DNA of 64,000 nucleotides, from assembly GCA_041750655.1 (NCBI GenBank), contig JBGSYZ010000013.1, positions 4,769-68,768 of the forward strand, given 5' to 3'. Of the stretch, positions 49,181 through 59,181 are shown piece after piece. The translations under genes and the position numbers were made by a program. Under the pieces are notes generated by a model. It made no database searches, was not told the DNA's origin, and was given only the letters and a program-made list of their open reading frames with translations. The stretch's first letter is position 1, and the number at the start of each line of letters is the position of its first letter. This stretch comes from Minisyncoccia bacterium (GTDB lineage: Bacteria > Patescibacteriota > Minisyncoccia > Phycocordibacterales > UBA918).

Positions 49181-49750
49181 TTATTCAGCTTTAAAGGTGG
49201 TCAATACACCATCGATTTGCTTATCTCCAGCTGGATCAAAGAAAAGTCCGCCATTAGTGTTTACAGCACCATCTTCGGTGAAGAAAACGACTGCGTACTC
49301 TTTACCAGCTTCTGTTCCTCTTAGAAGTTCAACTTCTTTAGGAATAAGACCTTGGCTTTGACTGTAACGAGCGGCACCAAGAATACCACCAACATTCTCT
49401 CCGTCGTAATCACGAACTGCTACCCAACCTTCAGCTGTGGGAAATTCAGCACTAGCTAACGCAACTACAGTTCCAGCTGGTTGCCCATTTACGCTAATTG
49501 CACCATCACCAGTTGGTAGTACTGGTACAGAAACAACTTCATTAGCACTAGTATCGGTAGTATTAACATTTGTATTGTTGGTTCTATCAGCCGTAGCTGG
49601 TTGTTCGGTGTTTGTATCGCTTGGGGTATCGTCCATCTCATCAGCCGGTGTTGGAGAAGAGAAAACCCACACTAAAAGACCACCAATAAGTAAACCGGCA
49701 ATAAAGGCGACTACTGTTTTTTGTCCCTCTTGCTTTTCTTGTTCTGACAT
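49181..49750 (-). CDS. membrane-anchored extracellular protein
   Basis: N-terminal TM, T/N-rich linker, beta domain. Confidence 0.7.
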   Translation of the reverse strand: MSEQEKQEGQKTVVAFIAGLLIGGLLVWVFSSPTPADEMDDTPSDTNTEQPATADRTNNTNVNTTDTSANEVVSVPVLPTGDGAISVNGQPAGTVVALASAEFPTAEGWVAVRDYDGENVGGILGAARYSQSQGLIPKEVELLRGTEAGKEYAVVFFTEDGAVNTNGGLFFDPAGDKQIDGVLTTFKAE

Positions 49751-49802
49751 ATCTACAAAAATTTGGATAAACCGCTAATATGCTGGCATTATAACACCAT
49801 AT

Positions 49803-50633
49803 CTATTGGTTGCAGAGTTGACGAGCCTCAGATAGTACGGTGTCTATTTTTTTTGGAGAAATTCCAACAGTATTCAAAATATGTGGTTTTTTAAGGATTT
49901 CTCGACACAAAACAACCCCATTTCGTAATAACTCAACCTTGTCTTTTTGAGAAAGTGAAGCCAGGGCAGTAATTGGGAAAATGCGCGCCCGTTCTATGCG
50001 ATCTTGGAGATTGTTATTTTTAGGATAACTCCAACTTAAGAGTGATAAACCAGCACACTCGGCGTATTTCTCTGCAGCAGAGGTAAATTTTGTGTTGGTT
50101 ACTAAAAGCAAATTTTTAATACCACACACATCTTGCCGGCAGATCTTTTGGTCACGTAAATCTAACAATCGAGCATAGGTATACAGTGCTACTTGTAAAT
50201 CTGATTTAACACCTGGTGTGGAATGAAACTTAGCTTCAACCACAAAACTGTCTGTATCATTGTACGCAGCTACATCTAACTCATGGGTAGCACATTTCCC
50301 TTTTAGTTCTACTCGAGTGTGAGTTGTATACCCTTCGGCCTGAAAAAGTTTTGCTAAAAAATCTTCAAACGGGAAACCAGTTGGCCCTAGACCAAATAAG
50401 GCACGGCGAAGAGAATAACGAGCAGCCAAAGGACTTTCACTAGAACGTAGTAATTCAAAGGCTTTTCGGTAAATTGCTTGGGTGGTTATTCCATTAAACA
50501 ACGATGACTGTACTTCAAGTACAATAGAATTTATTTCTTGGTTAGATGCTCCGGCTCTACGTAGAGAGCGTTTCAGTTTACTTACTTCAAACTTTTCACC
50601 ACTACCATCTGCTTTCGTTACGTAAATAGACAT
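49803..50633 (-). CDS. ATP-cone plus Mrr-like restriction endonuclease domain protein
   Basis: VTKADGSGEKFEVSKL ATP-cone; FE..LA.LF...GY, ELDV, VEAK, VTNTKFT. Confidence 0.85.
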   Translation of the reverse strand: MSIYVTKADGSGEKFEVSKLKRSLRRAGASNQEINSIVLEVQSSLFNGITTQAIYRKAFELLRSSESPLAARYSLRRALFGLGPTGFPFEDFLAKLFQAEGYTTHTRVELKGKCATHELDVAAYNDTDSFVVEAKFHSTPGVKSDLQVALYTYARLLDLRDQKICRQDVCGIKNLLLVTNTKFTSAAEKYAECAGLSLLSWSYPKNNNLQDRIERARIFPITALASLSQKDKVELLRNGVVLCREILKKPHILNTVGISPKKIDTVLSEARQLCNQ

Positions 50634-50642
50634 GTATATTTG

Positions 50643-51710
50643 TTATTGCACTATAATACCACCACCGAGACATATATCTCCCTGGTAGCACACACACGAC
50701 TGACCGACAGCGTAGGCCTCAATAGTATCTATAGCAACTAACGAGATGTTTGTTTCAGTTATTGAAGCTACTTCCATTGAAAACGGTTGCTGTCGATAGC
50801 GAGTTTGTATTTCGACTGTATCCCCCACTTTTGGTCGGTTGCGTATCCAGTTTGTGTAGTGCAGATTAATTGTGTTGTTGGCTGTCACCATTGGTTTGTG
50901 TACCGACACAGTTATGGTGTTTTCACTAATATTTTTATCAATTATATAGTGTGGGGTATTAGTGGGGTTGATAGTTTTGATAGTAAATCCATGTCTTTGG
51001 CCTACCGTATAAATAATACTACCTTCATGCGTACCAATAACATTACCTTTTTTATCTAATACATCGCCCGGAATTAAGTCTATATAATGACTAAGAAACT
51101 CTTTTATATCAATCTGCCCCAGGAAACATATTCCTTGACTGTCTTTCTTTTCGCTGGTCAGGAGGCCGGCTGCGCCGGCCTCCTTTCGAATCATCTCTTT
51201 AGTCGTATCTCCTACCGGCAACAAAACATGCTTAAGTTGCTCCTGAGTCAGAGTCCATAAGAAATAACTTTGGTCTTTGTTAATATCAATCCCTCTCGTA
51301 AGCTCAAAACCAGCGTCAGTTGCAATATTCTGCGCATAATGGCCGGTTGCTATGTAGTCGGCACCCTTTTCTAATGCAAACTTTAAAAAAGCGCCGAATT
51401 TTACTTCCTTGTTGCATAAGACGTCTGGGTTAGGTGTTCGTCCGGCTTTGTATTCTTCAATAAAATAGTTGGCTACTTCGTCACGATAAGCTGCTTCAGC
51501 GTCACAGGTGAGAAATGGAATATCAAGTTTGGCTGCCACTCGCATGGCATCGAGGCGTTCTTGCTCCCAGTTACACACCAACCACTCTGGATGCCAGACT
51601 TTGATGAATACCCCGACTACGTTGAAGCCGCGCGCCGTCAGGCGCGCGGCCGCCACTGAGGAATCCACTCCTCCAGATAGTCCAACAAATACTGTTTTTT
51701 TATCCTTCAC
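50643..51710 (-). CDS. mnmA: tRNA 2-thiouridine(34) synthase
   Basis: SGGVDS, TPNPD, TGHYA, KDQSYFL, SQGICF. Confidence 0.97.
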   Translation of the reverse strand: MKDKKTVFVGLSGGVDSSVAAARLTARGFNVVGVFIKVWHPEWLVCNWEQERLDAMRVAAKLDIPFLTCDAEAAYRDEVANYFIEEYKAGRTPNPDVLCNKEVKFGAFLKFALEKGADYIATGHYAQNIATDAGFELTRGIDINKDQSYFLWTLTQEQLKHVLLPVGDTTKEMIRKEAGAAGLLTSEKKDSQGICFLGQIDIKEFLSHYIDLIPGDVLDKKGNVIGTHEGSIIYTVGQRHGFTIKTINPTNTPHYIIDKNISENTITVSVHKPMVTANNTINLHYTNWIRNRPKVGDTVEIQTRYRQQPFSMEVASITETNISLVAIDTIEAYAVGQSCVCYQGDICLGGGIIVQ

Positions 51711-51735
51711 ACAAGAAAATTACCACGGGTATCTA

Positions 51736-52752
51736 CTAACGTAAATATGCTGCGATATTTCGGTTATGTTCCGCCAAGGTACGGGCGAAGTAGAAATTGC
51801 CATCACGTCCAGTTAAATAAAATAGATAATCAGATTCAGTCGGCCGAAGTACTGCTTCAATAGAAGTCAGGCCTGGATTTCCAATTGGTGTTGGCGGTAA
51901 ACCAACATTAGTGTAGGTGTTGTATGGTGAATCCATCCGTAAATCTTCAGGTACAAGTTCGGAAAGAGGTTTATTCAGTACGTACTCTACCGAGGCATCG
52001 AGTTGCAGAGGCATTCCGGCTGCAATCCGGTTTTCGATCACCCCTGCAATCAAACGTTTTGAATCCCGGGTACTACCTTCACGTTCAATTAAAGAAGCAA
52101 TTATAATGACTTCGTCTTCAGTGTAGTTGCTCTGCTCTATAGCTGGACGTAGTGGTTCTATTCTAGATTCGTAAGTTGCCTCTAGTAGTATCATTAATTC
52201 CTTAGCTGTATATGACTCTGGAATAAGGTACGTGTCAGGAAACATTCTCCCCTCTTTGTCTTTCGTCAGCTCAATAAATTCTTCAGCATTAAACGCTTCT
52301 AGTACTTCACTTGCTCTTTCTGCTAATGCTCTATTGGTTTCACCTTCGTAATGTACAAAACGAATTAATGAAAAGCCAAATTCTCCGGCCGATAATCTAT
52401 TAGCAATCTCGAAAGCATTCTGTGGCTCTTTAAATTTGTATATACTCGCTTTAATATTTGTTGGATCGTGTAGGGTGACTAAGATGGTGTAGAGAGCAAA
52501 CTCGGAGCGTACAATACCTTCTTCATGAAGCTGCTTAGCAATATCACGAACTGAAGTTCCCTCTTGAATTTCAACCAGTTCACCAGCCGGAAAATTTTCA
52601 GGAGCTTTGGTTTGTTGCCAAATGAAAGCAGCAAAAATTACTGAAAAAATAACCAGAATTAAACTTGCTAGAAGAAAAAACTTGAAAAGTTTTTTACTCA
52701 CGGGTACTTGGTAACTCAAGGCCGTAGTATTGGGTGAGTGATGAATTTCCAT
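51736..52752 (-). CDS. mltG: endolytic transglycosylase MltG
   Basis: EG.MFPDTY, ASLIERE, LQLDA, SPYNTY...GLPPTPI.NPG. Confidence 0.95.
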   Translation of the reverse strand: MEIHHSPNTTALSYQVPVSKKLFKFFLLASLILVIFSVIFAAFIWQQTKAPENFPAGELVEIQEGTSVRDIAKQLHEEGIVRSEFALYTILVTLHDPTNIKASIYKFKEPQNAFEIANRLSAGEFGFSLIRFVHYEGETNRALAERASEVLEAFNAEEFIELTKDKEGRMFPDTYLIPESYTAKELMILLEATYESRIEPLRPAIEQSNYTEDEVIIIASLIEREGSTRDSKRLIAGVIENRIAAGMPLQLDASVEYVLNKPLSELVPEDLRMDSPYNTYTNVGLPPTPIGNPGLTSIEAVLRPTESDYLFYLTGRDGNFYFARTLAEHNRNIAAYLR

Positions 52753-52755
52753 ATC

Positions 52756-54036
52756 TTAAATTGGTAAGTTGCCAGGGGCTTCACTGCGTAGTGAACCAAC
52801 ACGACGAACGTTACCACTGGTAACAACTGCACCCGGTAAGTGAAATATTGTTGCTAGTTCTTCTGTGGTAAGCACCATACCAGTATCTTTTTTATGGCGT
52901 TCTGTGTACGATCGTCTTTTCATATTTTCGATTTCTTCCTTTTTCCATCTTTTGGTAGTTTGTCCTTTTCTATCTTGCCACCATGGCCACGGAGTGTTGG
53001 TATCCCAGGTGATACCAATCATATTTCTTGATAAATCATCAGAGGAACGCAAAATAGAAGCCAAGGTTCCAATTCGTCCACCGTTGAAGGCTTCTTCTGT
53101 AGCTAGATACGTACCTTGGATTTTCGCATCAAACGCATACTTTGAAACACTTCGTTCTAAGCTGGCAATCATATCTCGTTCACCATCAGTGAGTTGTGGA
53201 GGGCCGCCATTTTCACCATTTCGTTCTTTAGCTTCAGAAATGATTTTTTTGATTTCTGCCTTAACCCCACCTTTCCAATCAGATTTTGCCTTAAGACTAC
53301 CAGATTTAAAATCATACGATCGATTGGCTTTTATTAAAATTTGCACCCACATATGCTCGTTTGGTCCAAGAGCTGCCAAGCTTTCCAGAGTGACACTGAT
53401 TGGATCTATTTTTTCTTCTTCTTTAGGGTTTTTATCAAGACCATAATCAATATAGGTTTTAATAGGGTACGCATCAGCTTTAGTGAGTTTGTAGTGGAAT
53501 GAGTGTGACCAATAACCAGCACCATCTTTTGGAATCTCAGCAGTATAGTCAACTGGCAACTGACGAACTTCTACGCCAGGGTATTGAGCGTAGAGTTGAG
53601 ACTCAATCATGTTTTTAAACTTTATTTGGGTGTTAATTAAAAAACGAACATGACCGTGAGTAGAAACAAGTTCTAAAGAAAAAGTGGGTGGATGTTTTCC
53701 TTCCCAGTAGGTTTGGATATGGTTATCAGCTCCAGCTTTTTGGTACAGTTGATTTAAGACCAACTCCATTGCTAGCGGTGATTTAAAGATTTCTTGCGGT
53801 AAAATAATTTCTAAGGTTACCCGGGGGACCTTTAGGTCTGCTTGAAATTGTACAAATTCCACCCACTTTTCAAAAAACATGTAAAAGGTGGTGACTGGAA
53901 GCCAAATTGGCATCGTAGCTAAGGCTATAGAAAAAATTAAGCTGGTTTTTATACCGAAATACTCTAGAAAAAGATAGAACCCAAAAAATAGCCCTATCAA
54001 TAATATGAAGACTCCAAGATTTCTACCGATGCTCAT
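52756..54036 (-). CDS. CPR-type hypothetical membrane protein
   Basis: 2 TM, FSLELVS, LYAQYP, YPIKTY, ELATIFHLP; resembles N-domains fused to TraD/VirD4-like ATPases (recalled). Confidence 0.6.
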   Translation of the reverse strand: MSIGRNLGVFILLIGLFFGFYLFLEYFGIKTSLIFSIALATMPIWLPVTTFYMFFEKWVEFVQFQADLKVPRVTLEIILPQEIFKSPLAMELVLNQLYQKAGADNHIQTYWEGKHPPTFSLELVSTHGHVRFLINTQIKFKNMIESQLYAQYPGVEVRQLPVDYTAEIPKDGAGYWSHSFHYKLTKADAYPIKTYIDYGLDKNPKEEEKIDPISVTLESLAALGPNEHMWVQILIKANRSYDFKSGSLKAKSDWKGGVKAEIKKIISEAKERNGENGGPPQLTDGERDMIASLERSVSKYAFDAKIQGTYLATEEAFNGGRIGTLASILRSSDDLSRNMIGITWDTNTPWPWWQDRKGQTTKRWKKEEIENMKRRSYTERHKKDTGMVLTTEELATIFHLPGAVVTSGNVRRVGSLRSEAPGNLPI

Positions 54037-54103
54037 TTGTGACTATATTGTACAACAAAAAAGCCGCAATCTCTGCGGCTTTTTTGTGAGTATGTGGTCA
54101 ATA

Positions 54104-55129
54104 TTATTCAGCCACTATGTACGAACCGTTTGGTAATCGTTTGAATAGTGCAGCATCTTGTAAGTTTACAACTATGGTGTTGTCTTTTACATACCGCTCT
54201 TTACGAACCTTGTCGATGATTTCTTCTCGAGATAGTGGACCGTGCTTTTCTAGGATGTCTCGTAAAACTTCCTTTACAACACCAGCGGAGTAGCCCCATT
54301 CCGACAATGCATAGAGACCACGGCCTACCAATACAAAGCGTTCGTCTTTAATAAGTTCATTGTGAGTGGTGGCAGTGTGAGCTTTCTTGTTAAATAATTC
54401 AGCAATAGTTTCGGCAACTTCCTTGAAGTGCATTGGCGAACCATGTCGCTTTACTGCGAGGTATGCATAATCACGGATTCCCTTTACTCGCACGTTAGGA
54501 CTTGAAGACGGTCCCCACTCACCAAGTGGATTACGACTTATTTCTTTTGAAATCAATAACCACCGCTTTAGAACTTCGTCATCATACTTATTGGCAATAT
54601 CAATGAGGTTCTCACGGAAACGGTGTAGAATTTCTTCCTCAGATACTAGTTCATCTTCGCTTAATGTTTTGTACACACTTTTGAGTGCTTGTTCAACTGA
54701 GTCAGCGATCTTTCGTTCTGTGTACCAACGATGAGTGTACGCTGGGTTTTCTTTACTGCGATAGAAAGGATCTCCAAGAACCAATAAAAAGAAAATGTGA
54801 TTCCGAACAATTGGATCTTTAGTGATTTCTTCAAGCAATACATGTTCAGCAATGACACCACCACCTAAAGCATCTATCGCTTGGTGTAGTTCATCAAACA
54901 CGGCTGTAAACTCTTGGTACACATCAGATTTTTGGATGGATTGAATTCCGTAGTTTTCAATCTGACGCACTCGCTCTCGAGTCACGCCGTAGCTTTGACC
55001 AATAGACTCTAAAGTGTGAATCTGACCATCAGCACCAAGTCCAAAACGACGTTCTAGAACATCGCGGGCTCGGTCTGGCAACGCAGACAACATTTTTTTA
55101 CTAACTTGTTTTGGTTTAAAAGTAATCAT
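54104..55129 (-). CDS. sigma70 region-4 HTH fused to tandem winged HTH domains
   Basis: RRFGL...TLESIGQSYGVTRERVRQIE; C-terminal HNELIKDERFVLVGRGLYAL. Confidence 0.8.
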   Translation of the reverse strand: MITFKPKQVSKKMLSALPDRARDVLERRFGLGADGQIHTLESIGQSYGVTRERVRQIENYGIQSIQKSDVYQEFTAVFDELHQAIDALGGGVIAEHVLLEEITKDPIVRNHIFFLLVLGDPFYRSKENPAYTHRWYTERKIADSVEQALKSVYKTLSEDELVSEEEILHRFRENLIDIANKYDDEVLKRWLLISKEISRNPLGEWGPSSSPNVRVKGIRDYAYLAVKRHGSPMHFKEVAETIAELFNKKAHTATTHNELIKDERFVLVGRGLYALSEWGYSAGVVKEVLRDILEKHGPLSREEIIDKVRKERYVKDNTIVVNLQDAALFKRLPNGSYIVAE

Positions 55130-55251
55130 AATAACTCTCAGCTGTATTTAGACTTTCATTTAATAACATTGCTTGATTTGAATGTACGTAGCTTTTTATC
55201 ACGAATATGACAAAACGTCAACCTTCTGGGATGATTCGGTACTGTCATATG

Positions 55252-57663
55252 TTAGTCAATAATAATGTTAAGGATTTTCCCAGGTTTATAAATCACTTTT
55301 ATAATTTTCCCTTCTTCTAATTTAGTCTTAATATTAGGGATATTTTTCGCTTCGCTTAACGCTTCTTCCTCAACAGCTCCAGGTGAAATAGTTATATCAC
55401 CTCTCACTTTTCCATTTATTTGTACGCCGATGGTTACTTCTGTGTCTACCGTTAAAGTATGGTCTGGTGATGGAAATTCAGCTACATGTATTGATTCATC
55501 ATGGCCAGCTTCATGGTGTAATTCTTCGGTAATATGTGGAGCAAACGGTGCTAAAAGTCTCAAAAAGGTCTCGTAACTATGATTGGTTAAGCCTTCTTTT
55601 TCAGCTAAGTTCACAAAAATCATCATGGCACTCACGGCTGTATTAAATTTGAAAGCTTCAATATCTTCACGTACTTTTTTTATAGTTTTATGTAGTAACG
55701 TCGTAACTTCTTTAGTTTCGTTTTTGTTAATGTGTGCAGAAAGCCCGTTGACTCTTTCTAAAAAACGTCTAGCTCCAGCGAGACCATCTTTACTCCACGC
55801 AATAGTGTTCTCAAACGGACCCATAAACATTTCATACACACGAAGTGTATCTGCGCCCACCAGTTCGACAATGTCATCTGGATTAATTACATTTCCCCAG
55901 CGCTTACTCATTTTGCGGCCGTCTTCGGCCAAGATAAAGCCAAGAAATTCCAAACGTTGAAAAGGCTCATTGGTACTTACGACTCCAATATCATAGAGGA
56001 ATTTATGCCAAAAACGCGCGTAGATAAGGTGACGTACCGCGTGATCACCACCAACGTATACATCGACCGGCGCCCAGTATTTTTCATTTTCTTTACTTAC
56101 TAGTGCCTTGTCGTTTTTATTGTCCATGAATCGCAAGTAATACCACGAAGAACCAGCCCATTGCGGCATAGTATTGGTTTCGCGCTTTCCTGCTCCTCCA
56201 CAAGTCGGACAGGTAGTGTTAACCCACTCGTCGATATTCGCGAGTGGAGACTGTCCATCTCCAGCTGGTTCATAGTGTTCGACTTCAGGCAGTGTCACCG
56301 GAAGTTGATCTTCTGGCACTGCCACTGGTCCGCATTTCCCGCAGTGGACAATCGGAATTGGTTCTCCCCAATAGCGTTGACGAGAAAATACCCAGTCGCG
56401 GATTTTATAGGTATTGGTCATCCGCCCCCCGACTTTTTTCGTGATGGCTTTCTTGGCTTCTTCAGAGTCCATTTCATTAAATTCACCTGAGTTGATCAAT
56501 CTTCCTGGACTCACATAAATTATTGTTCCCCGCTCAACAATTTCTTTCTCTAATCGATATTCTTCAGGAACTTGAATTACTTGGCGTATTTCAATTTCGT
56601 ACTTTTTAGCAAACTCCCAGTCTCGCTCATCATGGGCTGGCACAGCCATAATGGCACCAGTGCCGTAGCTCGCGAGCACGTAGTCGGCAATGTAGACCGG
56701 AATTTCTTCGCCATTGGCAGGATTAGTCGCAGTGATACCTTCAATCTTTACCCCAGTCTTTTCTTTGGTGTCGTCGAGGCGGTCCATCTCCTTTTTATTT
56801 GCCGCTTCTTTGATGTAGTTTTCTACTTCAGAAATATTAGAAATAGCGGTTCGGTTTTTAAATATGAGTTCATGCTCTGGCGCTAGTACCATATAGGTTG
56901 CCCCAAAGAGTGTATCAGGTCGGGTAGTAAATACTGTCACAGTGTCGCCGGTAGAGAGCACAAAATCTATTTCCGCTCCTTCTGAACGGCCAATCCAGTT
57001 TCGTTGTGCTTCCTTAATATGCTCTGGCCACTCAAGCGTGTCTAAGTCCTCTAACATCCGGTCAGCGTACTCACGAATTTTCAAAACCCACTGTCGCATT
57101 GGTCGTTTCTCTACTACAGAGTCACAACGTTCACAGGTGCCGTCAGCTTCGAGGTCTTCGTTAGCGAGACCAGTCTGACAGCCAGGACACCAGTTGATAG
57201 GCTCATGACTTTCGAAAGCTAAACCTTTTTTGAATAGTTGAATGAAAATCCACTGCGTCCATTTATAGTAACTTGGGTCAGTAGTGTTGATTTCTCTATC
57301 CCAATCGTAATCAAAACCGAGTTTTTCTAACTGTGATTTAAAATTAGCAATATTTTTGTCTACCGCTACTCGGGGATGCACTTTGTGTTTGATAGCAAAG
57401 TTTTCAGCCGGTAAGCCAAACGCATCCCAACCCATAGGGTGAAGAACCTCATGACCAGTCATGCGCTTGAAGCGAGAGTAAATATCAGTGGCAATATAGC
57501 CTTTTGGGTGGCCAACGTGGAGACCTTCCCCTGACGGATATGGGAACATATCGAGCACAAAGGTTTTTGGCTTGCTACTTTCAGTAGTTTTATAGATACC
57601 AGATTCTGCCCATTTTTTCTGCCACTTCGTTTCTATTTCTTTATGTTCAAATCTCTTATGCAT
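55252..57663 (-). CDS. leuS: leucine--tRNA ligase
   Basis: MFPYPSGEGLHVGH, GWDAFGLPAE, SRQRYWG, KMSKR. Confidence 0.98.
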   Translation of the reverse strand: MHKRFEHKEIETKWQKKWAESGIYKTTESSKPKTFVLDMFPYPSGEGLHVGHPKGYIATDIYSRFKRMTGHEVLHPMGWDAFGLPAENFAIKHKVHPRVAVDKNIANFKSQLEKLGFDYDWDREINTTDPSYYKWTQWIFIQLFKKGLAFESHEPINWCPGCQTGLANEDLEADGTCERCDSVVEKRPMRQWVLKIREYADRMLEDLDTLEWPEHIKEAQRNWIGRSEGAEIDFVLSTGDTVTVFTTRPDTLFGATYMVLAPEHELIFKNRTAISNISEVENYIKEAANKKEMDRLDDTKEKTGVKIEGITATNPANGEEIPVYIADYVLASYGTGAIMAVPAHDERDWEFAKKYEIEIRQVIQVPEEYRLEKEIVERGTIIYVSPGRLINSGEFNEMDSEEAKKAITKKVGGRMTNTYKIRDWVFSRQRYWGEPIPIVHCGKCGPVAVPEDQLPVTLPEVEHYEPAGDGQSPLANIDEWVNTTCPTCGGAGKRETNTMPQWAGSSWYYLRFMDNKNDKALVSKENEKYWAPVDVYVGGDHAVRHLIYARFWHKFLYDIGVVSTNEPFQRLEFLGFILAEDGRKMSKRWGNVINPDDIVELVGADTLRVYEMFMGPFENTIAWSKDGLAGARRFLERVNGLSAHINKNETKEVTTLLHKTIKKVREDIEAFKFNTAVSAMMIFVNLAEKEGLTNHSYETFLRLLAPFAPHITEELHHEAGHDESIHVAEFPSPDHTLTVDTEVTIGVQINGKVRGDITISPGAVEEEALSEAKNIPNIKTKLEEGKIIKVIYKPGKILNIIID

Positions 57664-57738
57664 ATAACAATAAACCCTACGTTTAGTTTATAACGTAGGG
57701 TTTATTATGCCTTTAAATACAACTAAGTCAAAATTTCA

Positions 57739-58647
57739 CTATTGTTTATATACATCATCAATTTCTCGCTCAAAACACCAATTGCCAGGCTTGTAATCCC
57801 AATTGTAATTTTTAGACAGACCAGGACCAGTTACAGGTCGAGCGACTGAGTAGTCATTACCAGTTACGCTAGAATCACGTACAAAAGTGGCACAAAGTTC
57901 GTACGTTTTTTCACCAGTTACCTTATACTCGTACGCGCTACGTCCATCGGGTGCGGTCGGTACTGGGAATTCACCGTACAGTTCAGCTAAATCAGTCGGA
58001 AGTTTTTCATTTGAACGATAGTATTCTTCAGTTCGCCACTGCATATCCTGAAGGACACCAAGCTGTTCGTTGTCGATACGTGCTTCACGAGCTTCGTTAG
58101 GCATTTCTAAGTGGTATAAACTGGCTACAATGGCACCAAGCACGATAGCGGTAGCAACTGCTCCATACATAACTGACATACCCATACGCATTTGCCAGTA
58201 GCCCTGTGCGTCTCGCAGGTAGTAATAGAAAACGGCTCCGAGCACGAGAACTACGGCCAACGCTTTCATCAGAAATCGAGTTGTAATTTCCCCTTCAAGG
58301 AAAAACATAATCACTACTACCAAATCTATGAGCATGGCAATACCAGCTATAAGTAGTGAAATATAAATAGCCCACTTAGTCAGGGCGCTGTAGATAGCTT
58401 CAGAATTACGTCTCGTTTGATTCACGATTCGAGTGAGGGCTAAATATACCGGAAAGAACACAATCAAAATTGCCAAACTACTACGCATGGCAGTCTGACT
58501 GCTACTCCATTCCCACGAACCGGCGGCGGCATCAGGAATAGCGACATTAATTGTATTAAAAATTAGGGTTAAGAGAGCGGCTATCGACACATATAGTGTA
58601 ATCAACGAGCCAAGTTGAAGCACAAAATTTTTTGGTAAATTACTCAT
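57739..58647 (-). CDS. DUF5671-like membrane protein with C-terminal pilin-like domain
   Basis: TM bundle; YY....LP..L...YELCATF pattern; likely start at 58647. Confidence 0.7.
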   Translation of the reverse strand: MSNLPKNFVLQLGSLITLYVSIAALLTLIFNTINVAIPDAAAGSWEWSSSQTAMRSSLAILIVFFPVYLALTRIVNQTRRNSEAIYSALTKWAIYISLLIAGIAMLIDLVVVIMFFLEGEITTRFLMKALAVVLVLGAVFYYYLRDAQGYWQMRMGMSVMYGAVATAIVLGAIVASLYHLEMPNEAREARIDNEQLGVLQDMQWRTEEYYRSNEKLPTDLAELYGEFPVPTAPDGRSAYEYKVTGEKTYELCATFVRDSSVTGNDYSVARPVTGPGLSKNYNWDYKPGNWCFEREIDDVYKQ

Positions 58648-58702
58648 ATTGTAATTATACACCCGATTTTCTTTAAAAGTTATTATGTGAGACAATATAA
58701 GT

Positions 58703-58972
58703 ATGAAACCAGAAGACTTGCAAAAAGCCCCCAAATTATTCGCTGAAAATATTAAAATAGGTTTTAGTCCTGAGTACTTTGTACTGGGTATCAGTTCTGG
58801 TAGCCAAGCACAGATATTTTCGCTTTCCCCTGGTCACGCTAAACGATTACATCAGTATCTAGAGCATGAGCTAAAAGAATTTGAAGCCAAACACGGTGAA
58901 ATCACCGCCGAATGGAATCCAAATGTAGTCAGTCCGGTACAGCGTGCTAACCCACCGTCAGAGGGCAGTTAA
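58703..58972 (+). CDS. small protein, DUF3467-like
   Basis: F.EN..IG...EYFVL...SPGHAKRL...L..FE.KHGEI. Confidence 0.7.
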   Translation: MKPEDLQKAPKLFAENIKIGFSPEYFVLGISSGSQAQIFSLSPGHAKRLHQYLEHELKEFEAKHGEITAEWNPNVVSPVQRANPPSEGS

Positions 58973-59146
58973 AATCCCTATGTAAGGTGAATGAGGCGTT
59001 AGCCGAGGCTTAAAAACAACGAGCGTAAGCGACTATGTTTTTATGCCCTTCCGTTAGTTATTTTTCCCAGAAAATAAGTAGGAAGCCGGAATCCAAATGT
59101 AGTCAGTCCGGTACAGCGTGCTAACCCGCCTGGAGAAGGTAGTTAG
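58914..59146 (+). repeat. direct duplication of a gene 3' end flanking a 115-bp structured insert
   Basis: 58914-58953 identical to 59088-59127, followed by 19 bp of diverged copy. Confidence 0.9.
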
Positions 59147-59181
59147 AGATAAAAAAGAAGAGCGCCTACGGCGCCCTTCTT

